Part shown: positions 46,943-56,108 of the stretch, piece by piece
Position numbering within the stretch: the first letter of the stretch is position 1
Layout: every line of letters begins with the position of its first letter
Source: Candidatus Ancillula hodotermitis
GTDB lineage: Bacteria; Actinomycetota; Actinomycetes; Actinomycetales; Bifidobacteriaceae
DNA length: 64,000 nt
Reading direction: 5' to 3'
NCBI GenBank assembly: GCA_031262545.1
Contig: JAISHP010000104.1
Coordinates: forward strand, 1,209 to 65,208
Position numbers and translations under genes: made by a program
The notes under the pieces: model-generated
Databases searched by the model: none
Told to the model about the DNA's origin: nothing
The model's input: the letters and a program-made list of their open reading frames with translations, nothing else

Positions 46943-47494
46943 TTGTTCCACGTGGAACACTTTATTTTAGAAACTCAAAGATTTTTATTAGATTCATTCA
47001 TTGAATCAGATAAAGTTTATATAATTGAATATTGTAATAATTCTAATGTTAATAAATTTTTATATAAATTACCGTATCCTTATACCTTTGAGGATGCGGT
47101 TTTTTATTTAAATCAAGTTAGTCAAAATTGGAAAAAAGGAAATATTTTAACTTGGGCAATTCGTGACAAAAAAACAAACAAATTTATAGGAACAGCTGAA
47201 ATTAGAAAAGATTTATTTCAAGATTCTTTAGGTCTTTGGATTTGTTCAGAATTTCAAAATAAAGGTGTTGGGTATGAAATTTTATCTGAAATAATTAAAT
47301 GGTCAAAAAATAATCATTATACAAAAGATAATATTATTTATTATTCACATCCAGAAGGAAATATTAATTCAGGTAAACTTGCACTTAAGTTAGGTTTTAA
47401 ATTTGACGCGATTTATAATTCAAGTAATTATATTAAATCAAATTTGTTTGATCGGCAAGGTGAATATTTTAATTATTATGTTTATATTTTGTAA
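46943..47494 (+). CDS. GNAT family N-acetyltransferase (RimJ/RimL-like)
   Basis: 183 aa with acetyl-CoA motif-A-like FQNKGVGYEI. The annotated TTG start lies inside parS-1, so the true start may be further downstream. Confidence 0.7.
   Translation: MFHVEHFILETQRFLLDSFIESDKVYIIEYCNNSNVNKFLYKLPYPYTFEDAVFYLNQVSQNWKKGNILTWAIRDKKTNKFIGTAEIRKDLFQDSLGLWICSEFQNKGVGYEILSEIIKWSKNNHYTKDNIIYYSHPEGNINSGKLALKLGFKFDAIYNSSNYIKSNLFDRQGEYFNYYVYIL
46944..46959. promoter_or_regulatory. parS centromere-like site 1 (TGTTCCACGTGGAACA)
   Basis: Perfect 16-bp palindrome with 15 of 16 matches to the B. subtilis parS TGTTCCACGTGAAACA. It lies 4 nt after the jag stop. Confidence 0.8.
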
Positions 47495-47497
47495 TTT

Positions 47498-47513
47498 TGT
47501 TCCACGTGGAACA
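47498..47513. promoter_or_regulatory. parS centromere-like site 2 (TGTTCCACGTGGAACA)
   Basis: Identical 16-bp palindrome, 4 nt after the GNAT stop. Confidence 0.8.
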
Positions 47514-47564
47514 GAATATTTTAACCAAGAACCTACTTATAAACCGGTATAATATATAGGTAAT

Positions 47565-48860
47565 ATGAATAAAATTACTAAGAATAATCAAAACCTTCGT
47601 TATTTAGCAAAACGACCACATGATGTTGATCGTAGAGCTTACCGTCGTGGATTGTCTGCTTCTTCAGATGATATGATTGTTGTTAGAAAATCTGTTAAAG
47701 AAATTGTTAATCATGCCTTAGAACCAATTACTGCTTCTGCTAGAATTGACTTTGAGGATATTTTAAAAAAAACAGTTAAACCACCAATTGTTTCTACTCC
47801 TGCTCCATCTATGGGGTCGGCACTTCGAGCTAAAATTATTGGTTCTGCTGTGTTTGCAAAAACTATGATTACCAGATCAAGTAAACTGATATCAAAAATG
47901 TCAGAAGAAGATAAAGAACAATTTACAATTAAACGGGTCAATCTTCAAGCTTTAAGAAAACAAAAAGAGGCTGAAGCTAAAATTATAAAAGAACAAGAGC
48001 AGTATAATTATAATGAATTATTACAAGAAGAAGAGCAAAGGCAAAAAGTTGCTCAAATTATTGAAAATTCTGAGCCCTGGTATAGTAAAGAGCATAGCAA
48101 AGAGCTTAATAAAGAGCAAAACAAAGACCTTGCTGAAAATAATAATAATGTTCCACGTGGAACAAATTTACAAGTTAAAAGTATAAACAATTCTGACGAA
48201 AAAAATAAACTTGATGAAATTATTGTAGAGACATTAAAACCGGGAATTGTTACTTCAAAAACGGAGAGAAAAGAATTTTCTAATTCAGATGATTTTGGTA
48301 AACCTTCTAAATTATTTGGTAATTATAAAAAAATTCCAGAAATTAATACAGAAATTCAAATACAGAAAAAATCAGAACCTTTACCTTCGATTGTAGATTA
48401 TCATCCTCAAGAGGATAATACAATTGAAATAATGAAAAAATATTTACCTGTTGATTCAGATAATGATATTTCTAAAGAAGATACAGATCCGGAGATTCCA
48501 TACTCTACTTTAGCAAGACAAGAAAGAGTTAAACAAATTCTTGATCAACCTGTTCAGGAAGAAATAAAACAAATTAAAGAAAATATTTTAAATCCTGAAC
48601 AGAATCCGAAAACAAATATTGAAATAGAAGCTGTTAGCAAAAAACCAAACTTAAAAGATGTAATTGAACAAGAAATAATAAATTCTGAACCTACTCCGAT
48701 TGTTGCAGAGCCAGATGTGGTTAGTTCAGGTATGATTAGCTCAGAAACATTAAAACCTGAGGTTACAGAAATAAAAGAAGCAGAAAATTCAAATCAAGAA
48801 AAACAAGAAAATCAAGTCCCAGCTTGGAAGAAATATATCCTTGAAAACAACGATAATTAA
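47565..48860 (+). CDS. Hypothetical protein: basic N-terminal third, acidic low-complexity remainder
   Basis: 431-aa ORF with consistent coding frame. I recognised no motif. It contains parS-3 in frame (NVPRGTN). Confidence 0.5.
   Translation: MNKITKNNQNLRYLAKRPHDVDRRAYRRGLSASSDDMIVVRKSVKEIVNHALEPITASARIDFEDILKKTVKPPIVSTPAPSMGSALRAKIIGSAVFAKTMITRSSKLISKMSEEDKEQFTIKRVNLQALRKQKEAEAKIIKEQEQYNYNELLQEEEQRQKVAQIIENSEPWYSKEHSKELNKEQNKDLAENNNNVPRGTNLQVKSINNSDEKNKLDEIIVETLKPGIVTSKTERKEFSNSDDFGKPSKLFGNYKKIPEINTEIQIQKKSEPLPSIVDYHPQEDNTIEIMKKYLPVDSDNDISKEDTDPEIPYSTLARQERVKQILDQPVQEEIKQIKENILNPEQNPKTNIEIEAVSKKPNLKDVIEQEIINSEPTPIVAEPDVVSSGMISSETLKPEVTEIKEAENSNQEKQENQVPAWKKYILENNDN
48149..48164. promoter_or_regulatory. 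parS centromere-like site 3 (TGTTCCACGTGGAACA), intragenic
   Basis: Identical 16-bp palindrome inside CDS 47565-48860. Confidence 0.8.
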
Positions 48861-49419
48861 AATTTTTGTAGCACTAATTTTGATTTGCGGTCTATTAATA
48901 GGTGGACTTAAAATTTATCAGAAAAAAGTTTATGAATACAATAATTTACAAGCAGAAAATATTCAAAAAAATAAAGAGGATAAACTAGCTGAAGAAACCT
49001 TACAAAAAAAACAACCTGATTATGTTAAAAATGCTTTTATATCTGCAATTATGGAATATTACAACATTAAACAACCAAGTGATATTCTTTTTCAAGATAG
49101 CAAAAATCCTTTAGGTTATATTCAGTTTAGTCAAAATAATTGGGGAGTAGATGCGAATCTTGCACCAGATCCAAATCTAGGAACGGATATAACTTTGCAT
49201 TTTATGAATATGTCAGACACGACAAACATTACTAAAGCGCATGATTTAGCAGTATTTTGTATGCAAAAATTTGGGAAAACAATTTCAGGATTAAATACTA
49301 TTACTGTGACATACAGTTATGGTATTTCTGATAAAGAAAATAGTTACTACAAAGAAACATCTACTCGTGAGGATTTAAATAGTTCAGAAATTACAATAGA
49401 TCAGATAAGGTTGAAATAA
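48841..49419 (+). CDS. Membrane-anchored hypothetical protein
   Basis: 192 aa with an N-terminal TM helix (IFVALILICGLLIGGL). The TTG start overlaps the previous gene by 20 nt and its stop overlaps the uppS ATG (TAATG). Confidence 0.5.
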   Translation: MKTTIIKIFVALILICGLLIGGLKIYQKKVYEYNNLQAENIQKNKEDKLAEETLQKKQPDYVKNAFISAIMEYYNIKQPSDILFQDSKNPLGYIQFSQNNWGVDANLAPDPNLGTDITLHFMNMSDTTNITKAHDLAVFCMQKFGKTISGLNTITVTYSYGISDKENSYYKETSTREDLNSSEITIDQIRLK

Positions 49420-50135
49420 TGGAAGAGATAAAAAAAATACAAAAAATACCAAGTCATGTTGCTGTTATTATGGATGGTAATGGAAGATGGGCCAAAGCTA
49501 GAGGTTTAGAGAGAACGGAAGGACACAAAGCTGGTGAAGAAGCTTTAATGCGTTGGGTCAGAGCTGGTAGAAAATTAGGAATTAAAGAAATGAGTTTTTA
49601 TACTTTTTCAACTGAGAACTGGAACCGCTCTCCTGCTGAAGTTCGTTTTTTAATGAATCTTTCAAAAGAGATAATGAGAAAAAGAGCACCTGAATTTATT
49701 GAGTTAGGTTGTCAAGTAAAATGGATAGGAAGAAAAACAAGACTTTGGAAGTCTGTCTTAAAAGAACTTGATATTATTCAAACAAAAACAAAAAATTGTA
49801 AAAATATGAAGATTAATTTTTGCATTAATTATGGTGGTAGAGCAGAAATTGTTGATGCGGTTGAAAATATTATTGACCAAGTAAAAGCAGGAAAATTAAA
49901 GGGAAAAGTAACAGAAAAATCATTTAGCCATCATTTATATGATTCAAATATGAGAGATGTTGATTTAATGATTAGGACATCTGGCGAAATTAGATTAAGT
50001 AATTTTTTACTTTGGGAGTTGGCATATTCTGAAATGGTATTTATTGAAGATGCTTGGCCGGATGTTAATGAAGACACGTTAGTTAAATGTCTTTTAGAAT
50101 ATCAATCTCGAGATAGAAGATTTGGTAAAGCTTAA
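49419..50135 (+). CDS. uppS: Isoprenyl (undecaprenyl) diphosphate synthase
   Basis: 238 aa. Motifs IMDGNGRWA, FSTENWNR, IRTSGEIRLSNFLLWE. Confidence 0.9.
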   Translation: MEEIKKIQKIPSHVAVIMDGNGRWAKARGLERTEGHKAGEEALMRWVRAGRKLGIKEMSFYTFSTENWNRSPAEVRFLMNLSKEIMRKRAPEFIELGCQVKWIGRKTRLWKSVLKELDIIQTKTKNCKNMKINFCINYGGRAEIVDAVENIIDQVKAGKLKGKVTEKSFSHHLYDSNMRDVDLMIRTSGEIRLSNFLLWELAYSEMVFIEDAWPDVNEDTLVKCLLEYQSRDRRFGKA

Positions 50136-50199
50136 AATTACACAAAACTATTACAACAACTAGAACAGAGCTTATTATTTTTTCACGTATAATAGAAGA

Positions 50200-50979
50200 G
50201 TGAAAAAGCGTGAAAAACAACATAACCCTATAGTTCGTAATGAACTAACGTTTTCACATCGTGTTGCCTATTCCCTTTTTTGTGGGCGTTTAGCTGCAGA
50301 AAAAAGTAGATTAAAGGCGATTGTTAAAATTCAAAAAGAAAATAATGCATTAACTTATCGCCGCTTAAGGTGGCATATTAATCTTTTATATATAACTTTA
50401 CTTTTAATGTTTATTGTGGCAGGCTTATTTATTGTGAAACCAGAAATACCAACAGTTATATTCAATAAAGGTGTAGGAATTTATAATAGCGTATTTAATC
50501 AATCAGTTAGTAATGTAGAAATTGGCGAATCAGGTGCTGCAACATCAACTTCAAGTAATCCAAATAATTCTGGACAATCAAATAGCACAGGACAAGCTGG
50601 AGCTTCTTCAGGTGCTGCAACAAATCAAAATCAAACTAATCAACCAACAGAAGAAGAAAAAGCTCAAGAGAAAAAACAACAATATATGGAAGATGTAATT
50701 TCTGTTTTAAAAGAAAGTTATGGAGTTACAAGCTGGACTGAAATTCCCGACGGACTACCTTCTTCACCTATGCAAAACTTAAGAACTATCACAGAAAATG
50801 GAAATGCTTCAAGAGCTGTTGTTATTGTTTTAAATTTAAGATATTTAAATACCACTCGTCAAAAAATAAAAAATACTGCAGAAGATGTTTTAGAAAGACT
50901 AAAAGACAAAACAACAACTAAACAAGTAACTGTTTCAACGGCAGATAACTATTACATTGAAAGAGCTGAAGAAAAATAA
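50200..50979 (+). CDS. Membrane-anchored hypothetical protein with an S/N/Q/G-rich linker
   Basis: 259 aa with one TM helix (LLYITLLLMFIVAGLFIV). GTG start, with TATAAT at 50188-50193 lying 6 nt upstream. Confidence 0.5.
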   Translation: MKKREKQHNPIVRNELTFSHRVAYSLFCGRLAAEKSRLKAIVKIQKENNALTYRRLRWHINLLYITLLLMFIVAGLFIVKPEIPTVIFNKGVGIYNSVFNQSVSNVEIGESGAATSTSSNPNNSGQSNSTGQAGASSGAATNQNQTNQPTEEEKAQEKKQQYMEDVISVLKESYGVTSWTEIPDGLPSSPMQNLRTITENGNASRAVVIVLNLRYLNTTRQKIKNTAEDVLERLKDKTTTKQVTVSTADNYYIERAEEK

Positions 50980-50991
50980 GAGGAATATAGG

Positions 50992-51609
50992 ATGATAACA
51001 AAAGAAATTTCACATCAAGCAAATTTAAAAGGATATACTAAAGTAGGGAAATCAAAATTTGGAGTTGACCTCCCGGTTGAGTTTGTTCAAATTTTGACAA
51101 GTCTAGATGGGGCAGATAAAACAGTTCCATTAAAACTGGCTGAAGGAAAACCCTTAGTTAATCTATCAAAATATTCAATTGTGATTGAAATGGTTTTAGA
51201 ACCAGATTTAGCCACAGGTAGATTTGTCGTGATGTATGATCCAAGCAAAGAAAAAAATTGGGGCTCGCCTGTTAGGGTAGCTGCTTTTTTCGAGGCAAAT
51301 ATTTCTGAAGATGAATTTTACGATAGAAATTATGCGGCGAGATTGTGGGGAGCTTTTGAATTAGAAATGTCTAAAATCCGAGCAAGAAATTTAGCCGGAA
51401 CTGCTTCAAAAGCCTCAGATGAATATTTTGGTAGGTTTTCGCGCTCGAATTTAGAAACGGCTATGCCTGAAAGTTATGGAATTGAATTGAGAGCATCTTG
51501 GGGTGCGGATAATTTTAATTTACGTCAAGATTTACTACAATTTTCAAAAATAATGTATTATGCTTGCCACAAGGATTTTATAGTAAAGCCATCGCTAAAA
51601 ATAGACTAA
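50992..51609 (+). CDS. Conserved hypothetical protein, possibly DUF3000-like
   Basis: 205 aa. GRFVVMYDPSKEKNWGSPVRVAAFFEANI resembles the actinobacterial DUF3000 pattern as I recall it. Not verified. Confidence 0.45.
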   Translation: MITKEISHQANLKGYTKVGKSKFGVDLPVEFVQILTSLDGADKTVPLKLAEGKPLVNLSKYSIVIEMVLEPDLATGRFVVMYDPSKEKNWGSPVRVAAFFEANISEDEFYDRNYAARLWGAFELEMSKIRARNLAGTASKASDEYFGRFSRSNLETAMPESYGIELRASWGADNFNLRQDLLQFSKIMYYACHKDFIVKPSLKID

Positions 51610-51631
51610 ATATTTAATATATTATTTCATT

Positions 51632-51661
51632 TTGACCTAAAGTAAAAGTTTTTGTTATAAT
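51632..51661 (+). promoter_or_regulatory. Promoter of tRNA-Val (TTGACC-18 nt-TATAAT)
   Basis: The -35 is at 51632-51637 and the -10 at 51656-51661, 20 nt upstream of the tRNA 5' end. Confidence 0.6.
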
Positions 51662-51681
51662 ATTAATAAGAACGCAAGTTC

Positions 51682-51755
51682 GGGCGATTAGCTCAGTTGG
51701 CTAGAGCATCTCGTTTACACCGAGAGGGTCAGGGGTTCGAGTCCCTTATCGCCCA
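51682..51755 (+). tRNA. tRNA-Val (anticodon TAC), CCA not encoded
   Basis: Hand fold: acceptor GGGCGAT/ATCGCCC, D-arm GCTC-AGTTGGCTA-GAGC, anticodon stem TCTCG/CGAGA with loop TTTACAC, T-arm AGGGG-TTCGAGT-CCCTT. Confidence 0.9.
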
Positions 51756-51847
51756 CTTTTTATTTAATGACATAAAAACTTTCAATAGTGTAAAGAATAT
51801 ATAAAACTAATATAAAAATAAGCAAAAAATAAATATAAATTAAAAAA

Positions 51848-53311
51848 ATGATTAATCAAAATAATAAAAAAGAAAAAACAGTATTACATTCTGGTGCAAC
51901 ACATTCTGATTTAAAAAATCGTGCTGGAGGATTAGCAAGAGGTCTTTCAAATAGACATATTCAATTAATTGCAATTGGTGGAACAATTGGCACTTCCCTA
52001 TTTGTTGGTCTTTCACATGTTTTAGCAACAGCAGGACCTTCAGCTATGTTTATTTACATAATTGCTGGATTAACTTTTTTCTTTGCCATGCGTTTGCTTG
52101 GGGAAATTCTTTTATCAAACTCTCATTATAAAACATTTAGAGATGCGGCAGAAGATATTTTAGGTCCAAGATGGGGATTTACTTTAGGTTGGATGTATAT
52201 GCTCTTTTGGATTTTTTCTTGTGCTCAAGACGCTTTAGGTGTCTCAACATATATTAATTTTTGGTTTCCAGATGTTCCTTATTGGCAAATTAGTGTTATC
52301 TTACTGCTAATTGTGCTTGTTATCAATCTTATTGCAGTTAAAGCTTTTGGTGAGTTAGAATTTTGGTTCGCTATTATTAAAGTTGTGGCTATTGTTGTAA
52401 TAGCTGTTGTTTGTTTGGCTTTTGTTGTGATTGGATTTAAATTTGCTGATGGATCAACACCAGATATTACAAACATCTGGAGTCATGGCGGGCTATTTCC
52501 TAATGGGTTTAGTGGATTTATTAATGCTATTCAGATTGCATTTTTAGCTTATGCAGGAATCGAATTAGTTGGTTCTGCTGCAGCGGAAACAAAAGACCCA
52601 GGAAAAACTTTGCCTAAGGCTATTAATTCACTTCCTATTCGTATTTCGTTTTTTTATGTTGTTCCAGTTATTTTGCTGGTGATAATTTCACCTTGGGATT
52701 CTTATCAACAGAATTTTTCGCCTTTTGTTCAGATATTTACTTTAGCAGGAATTGGGATAGCTGCAGGTATAATGAATTTTGTTCTTTTAACAGCGGCAGC
52801 TTCTGGAGCTAATTCTGGAATATATGCATCTTCTAGAATGCTTTTTGGAATGTCTGTTTCAGAAGAAATGCCTGAAAAATTTTCTTGGACATCAAAACAT
52901 TCAGTTCCTGCTTTCGCTGTGGCGTTTTGTGGGGTTTCCTCGGCGGTTTTAATCTTTATCCTAATGTTGATTGCCCCAACGGCTCACGAAGGCTATTTGA
53001 TAGCTTCTGGGATAGCTTCTCCGTGCTTTTTAGTGTCTTGGTTGATTATAATTGCAAGTTATTTAAAATTTAGAAAAAAATTTCCAGAAAAACACGAAAA
53101 TTCAAAGTTTAAAGCACCTGCAGGAATAATTATGTCTTTTGTTATCGCGGCTATTTTAATTTTCTGCTTTGTTGTGACATTTTTTGATAAAGATGCTAGA
53201 ATCGGAGCTTGTCTAATTTTTGTTTGGTTTGCTTTAGTTCAAATTGGATTTACTTATTTAGAAAAGAAAAATCCAAAACTAGATGAAGATATTGAAGATT
53301 TATATTTATAA
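51848..53311 (+). CDS. APC-superfamily amino acid permease
   Basis: 487 aa, 12 TM helices. N-terminal LSNRHIQLIAIGGTIGTSLFVG is typical of AroP/LysP-type permeases. Confidence 0.85.
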   Translation: MINQNNKKEKTVLHSGATHSDLKNRAGGLARGLSNRHIQLIAIGGTIGTSLFVGLSHVLATAGPSAMFIYIIAGLTFFFAMRLLGEILLSNSHYKTFRDAAEDILGPRWGFTLGWMYMLFWIFSCAQDALGVSTYINFWFPDVPYWQISVILLLIVLVINLIAVKAFGELEFWFAIIKVVAIVVIAVVCLAFVVIGFKFADGSTPDITNIWSHGGLFPNGFSGFINAIQIAFLAYAGIELVGSAAAETKDPGKTLPKAINSLPIRISFFYVVPVILLVIISPWDSYQQNFSPFVQIFTLAGIGIAAGIMNFVLLTAAASGANSGIYASSRMLFGMSVSEEMPEKFSWTSKHSVPAFAVAFCGVSSAVLIFILMLIAPTAHEGYLIASGIASPCFLVSWLIIIASYLKFRKKFPEKHENSKFKAPAGIIMSFVIAAILIFCFVVTFFDKDARIGACLIFVWFALVQIGFTYLEKKNPKLDEDIEDLYL

Positions 53312-54214
53312 AATCTTTCTTGAATCTTTCCAGCCTTTAAAGACTTGTTTTGTTCCGGAGATTAATTGTTTTCCGATAAGGGCACGAACAGTTTCTTTGG
53401 CTATAGTGTAAAATGTTCCGACACCGTATAAAAAAGGATTATAATCATTATTTTTCTTTAAATATTGGCGATAATATCCCCTGTTTCGTAAATAATAATA
53501 TCTTGTCATATTTGAAACAGTATTAAATTGTCTTCCTTTGCTTAATTTTATATTATCAACAGTTCTAGCTCGTTTAAATAAATAATTTGCAATATAGATT
53601 GATTGGGTTTTTTTAGAGGCTAAATATCCATAAGTTGTGTCATCCATAGCAATAAAAAACCTGGAATCTGGGAAACCTATTTCCTTAACTAGAGATTTAG
53701 AAAAAAAACCACCTTCAAAACAGGCTGCATTCATTAGTTTATATTTTTCATTTTCAGTAAATTTCATATTAGCAAAAGGGTCAGAAATACCTAATTTTGG
53801 GAATTGTTTATATTGCCAGTAAAAGTCATCACCATTTCCATTATGTCTTTTAGGTTGAATACACCTGTGATCATTTTTTTCTGCCCAGTTTAAAATTGGC
53901 TTAACTTCTTCAAGTGAGTTTTTATAAAGTTCTACATCATCATCCATTAACCAAAACCAATCTGAGTCGCTCTGAAAGGCTAATTCAACTCCTTTAGCAA
54001 ACCCTCCTGCTCCACCAGTATTAGTTTGCATAGGAAAATAAGTTATGTTGATTTCAGATTTGCAGTTTTCAGTAATATTTTTATTCTCAGCTGAATTTTC
54101 GTTATCAATTACATAAACATTATCTGGCAAAACAGACAAATCACAAATTGATTTCAATAAATTCTGCAACATTTCTTGACGTTTATATGTTACTATCACA
54201 ATCGCCACTTTCAT
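53306..54214 (-). CDS. Family-2 glycosyltransferase (paralog of 6948-7940)
   Basis: Motifs IVTYKRQEML, NTGGAGGFAKG, WLMDDDV. I moved the start to MKVAIV (54214) because TATAAT at 54222-54227 lies 7 nt upstream; the ORF-track start at 54223 overlaps that hexamer. Confidence 0.75.
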   Translation of the reverse strand: MKVAIVIVTYKRQEMLQNLLKSICDLSVLPDNVYVIDNENSAENKNITENCKSEINITYFPMQTNTGGAGGFAKGVELAFQSDSDWFWLMDDDVELYKNSLEEVKPILNWAEKNDHRCIQPKRHNGNGDDFYWQYKQFPKLGISDPFANMKFTENEKYKLMNAACFEGGFFSKSLVKEIGFPDSRFFIAMDDTTYGYLASKKTQSIYIANYLFKRARTVDNIKLSKGRQFNTVSNMTRYYYLRNRGYYRQYLKKNNDYNPFLYGVGTFYTIAKETVRALIGKQLISGTKQVFKGWKDSRKIL

Positions 54215-54220
54215 TATAGA

Positions 54221-54232
54221 CATTATATAATG
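54221..54232. promoter_or_regulatory. Palindrome CATTATATAATG containing two overlapping divergent -10 hexamers
   Basis: TATAAT on the plus strand (54226-54231) lies 6 nt before the ATG at 54238. TATAAT on the minus strand (54222-54227) lies 7 nt before the ATG at 54214. Confidence 0.55.
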
Positions 54233-54237
54233 TTTTT

Positions 54238-55197
54238 ATGCTTAAAGAAATTTTTGTTTCATGCATTATGTGCACATATGATGAGGATGTTGATTTAGTA
54301 AAGCAAGCTATTACTTCAATTGTGAACCAAGTTCAAGAATTAATTATTGTTGCTGATGATCCAACAAATTTAAAACTATTAGATTTTTTGCTTTCAGAGC
54401 AACAAATTTATAAAAATATCAAGCTAATTCAAAACGAAACAAATCTTGGAGTTGTAAAATCAACAAATAGAGCTATAGATAATTTAAATTCTAGCGCAAA
54501 ATATGTGGCTATTATGGATGCGGATGATGTAGCTAAACCTACACGAATTCAAGAAGAAGTGAGAATTATGGAAGAAAATCAAAATTTCGCTGCGCTAAGC
54601 TGTGTAGGAGATTTGATTATAGAATCAGAAAATAATAAACAAGAGATTAGACCGATGACTCTTCATATGCCTAAAGATCCTCAGGTTGTGAATCAACTTT
54701 TGCCAATTAGAAATATTGTATCTAACCCTGGAGCAATAATTAGAGCGAATATTATAAAAAAATATCGCTATCGTGAGCTTGATAAAGCGCAAGATTATGA
54801 TTTTTGGATGAGGCTGATTAAAGATGGGCAAAAAATAGCTATCACAAACCAAAATCTTATTCAATATAGAATTCACCAAAATTCACATTCACATTCAAAT
54901 TATTATAGAACGCAACTTTCCGATCAGTTTATTAAAGAACAATATAAAAAGTCTAAAGATTTTTTAACTGCTACAAGTGAAGAAATTGTTTCTCGTCAAA
55001 CAAAATACAATTCTGAACATCGTTTGAATAATGTTAGTTTTGTCAAAAAAGTAAATAAAGCTTTTTCGGAATTTGAGGAATATAAAAACAAAAAAAATCT
55101 TTTCTTGATGGGATTAACCGCTCTTTCCTGGACGCCGGTGTTGAAATATCAATTAATGCTAATTAAATATTTTTTGAAACTTAAAAGATTAAAATAG
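54238..55197 (+). CDS. Family-2 glycosyltransferase
   Basis: 319 aa. N-terminal GT-A motifs are [32 protein letters not shown] and MDADDV (DxD). Confidence 0.75.
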   Translation: MLKEIFVSCIMCTYDEDVDLVKQAITSIVNQVQELIIVADDPTNLKLLDFLLSEQQIYKNIKLIQNETNLGVVKSTNRAIDNLNSSAKYVAIMDADDVAKPTRIQEEVRIMEENQNFAALSCVGDLIIESENNKQEIRPMTLHMPKDPQVVNQLLPIRNIVSNPGAIIRANIIKKYRYRELDKAQDYDFWMRLIKDGQKIAITNQNLIQYRIHQNSHSHSNYYRTQLSDQFIKEQYKKSKDFLTATSEEIVSRQTKYNSEHRLNNVSFVKKVNKAFSEFEEYKNKKNLFLMGLTALSWTPVLKYQLMLIKYFLKLKRLK

Positions 55198-55231
55198 TAT
55201 TTTTAAAAGATTAGCCATATATAATATACAT

Positions 55232-56095
55232 ATGAAAGGTATTATTTTAGCAGGAGGAACTGGCTCAAGATTGCATCCAATTACTTATGGAGTTTCTAAG
55301 CAATTAGTTCCAGTTTATGATAAACCTATGATTTATTATCCTCTTTCAACGCTTATTTCCGCAGGGATTCAAGATATTTTAATTATTTCTACACCAATTG
55401 ATCAACCGGCTTTTCAAAAATTACTTGGAGATGGATCTAGATTTGGAATAAACTTAACTTATAAAATTCAACCTTCACCAGACGGTTTAGCTCAGGCTTT
55501 TACAATCGGAGCGAATTTTATTGGTAGCGATTCTGTTGCGCTAGTTTTAGGTGATAATATTTTTTACGGCGAAGGAGTTGATCGTCAACTTGATAAAATA
55601 GGCGAAACTAAGCTCGATGGTGGATTAATCTTTGGTTACCATGTTGCAAATCCTGAGGCGTATGGGGTTGTTGAATTTGATGATAACAACAATGTGATTT
55701 CACTTGAAGAAAAACCAGAAAATCCAAAGAGTAATTATGTTGTTCCTGGTTTATATTTTTACGATAATAATGTTGTAGAAATTGCTAAAAATTTAAAACC
55801 TTCTCCTAGAGGAGAGTTAGAAATTACAGATGTAAATAAAACTTATTTAAAGCAAGGTAATCTACATGTTGAGCTTCTTCCAAAAGGGACAGCTTGGTTA
55901 GACACAGGAACTTTTGATTCTCTTAGTGATGCTGGTGATTTTGTTCGGGCAATTCAAAAACGTCAAGGTCTTTTAGTTGGCTCACCAGAAGCAAATGCTT
56001 TCCGTCAAGGGTTTTTGTCAACTGAAAAATTACGCGAGCTTGCTGAGCCTTTAATTAAAAGCGGTTACGGACTAAGCTTACTTAGTTTACTTTAA
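55232..56095 (+). CDS. rmlA: Glucose-1-phosphate thymidylyltransferase
   Basis: 287 aa. Motifs [41 protein letters not shown] at 55220-55225 lies 6 nt upstream of the ATG. Confidence 0.92.
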   Translation: MKGIILAGGTGSRLHPITYGVSKQLVPVYDKPMIYYPLSTLISAGIQDILIISTPIDQPAFQKLLGDGSRFGINLTYKIQPSPDGLAQAFTIGANFIGSDSVALVLGDNIFYGEGVDRQLDKIGETKLDGGLIFGYHVANPEAYGVVEFDDNNNVISLEEKPENPKSNYVVPGLYFYDNNVVEIAKNLKPSPRGELEITDVNKTYLKQGNLHVELLPKGTAWLDTGTFDSLSDAGDFVRAIQKRQGLLVGSPEANAFRQGFLSTEKLRELAEPLIKSGYGLSLLSLL

Positions 56096-56108
56096 AATAC
56101 ATAAACAC

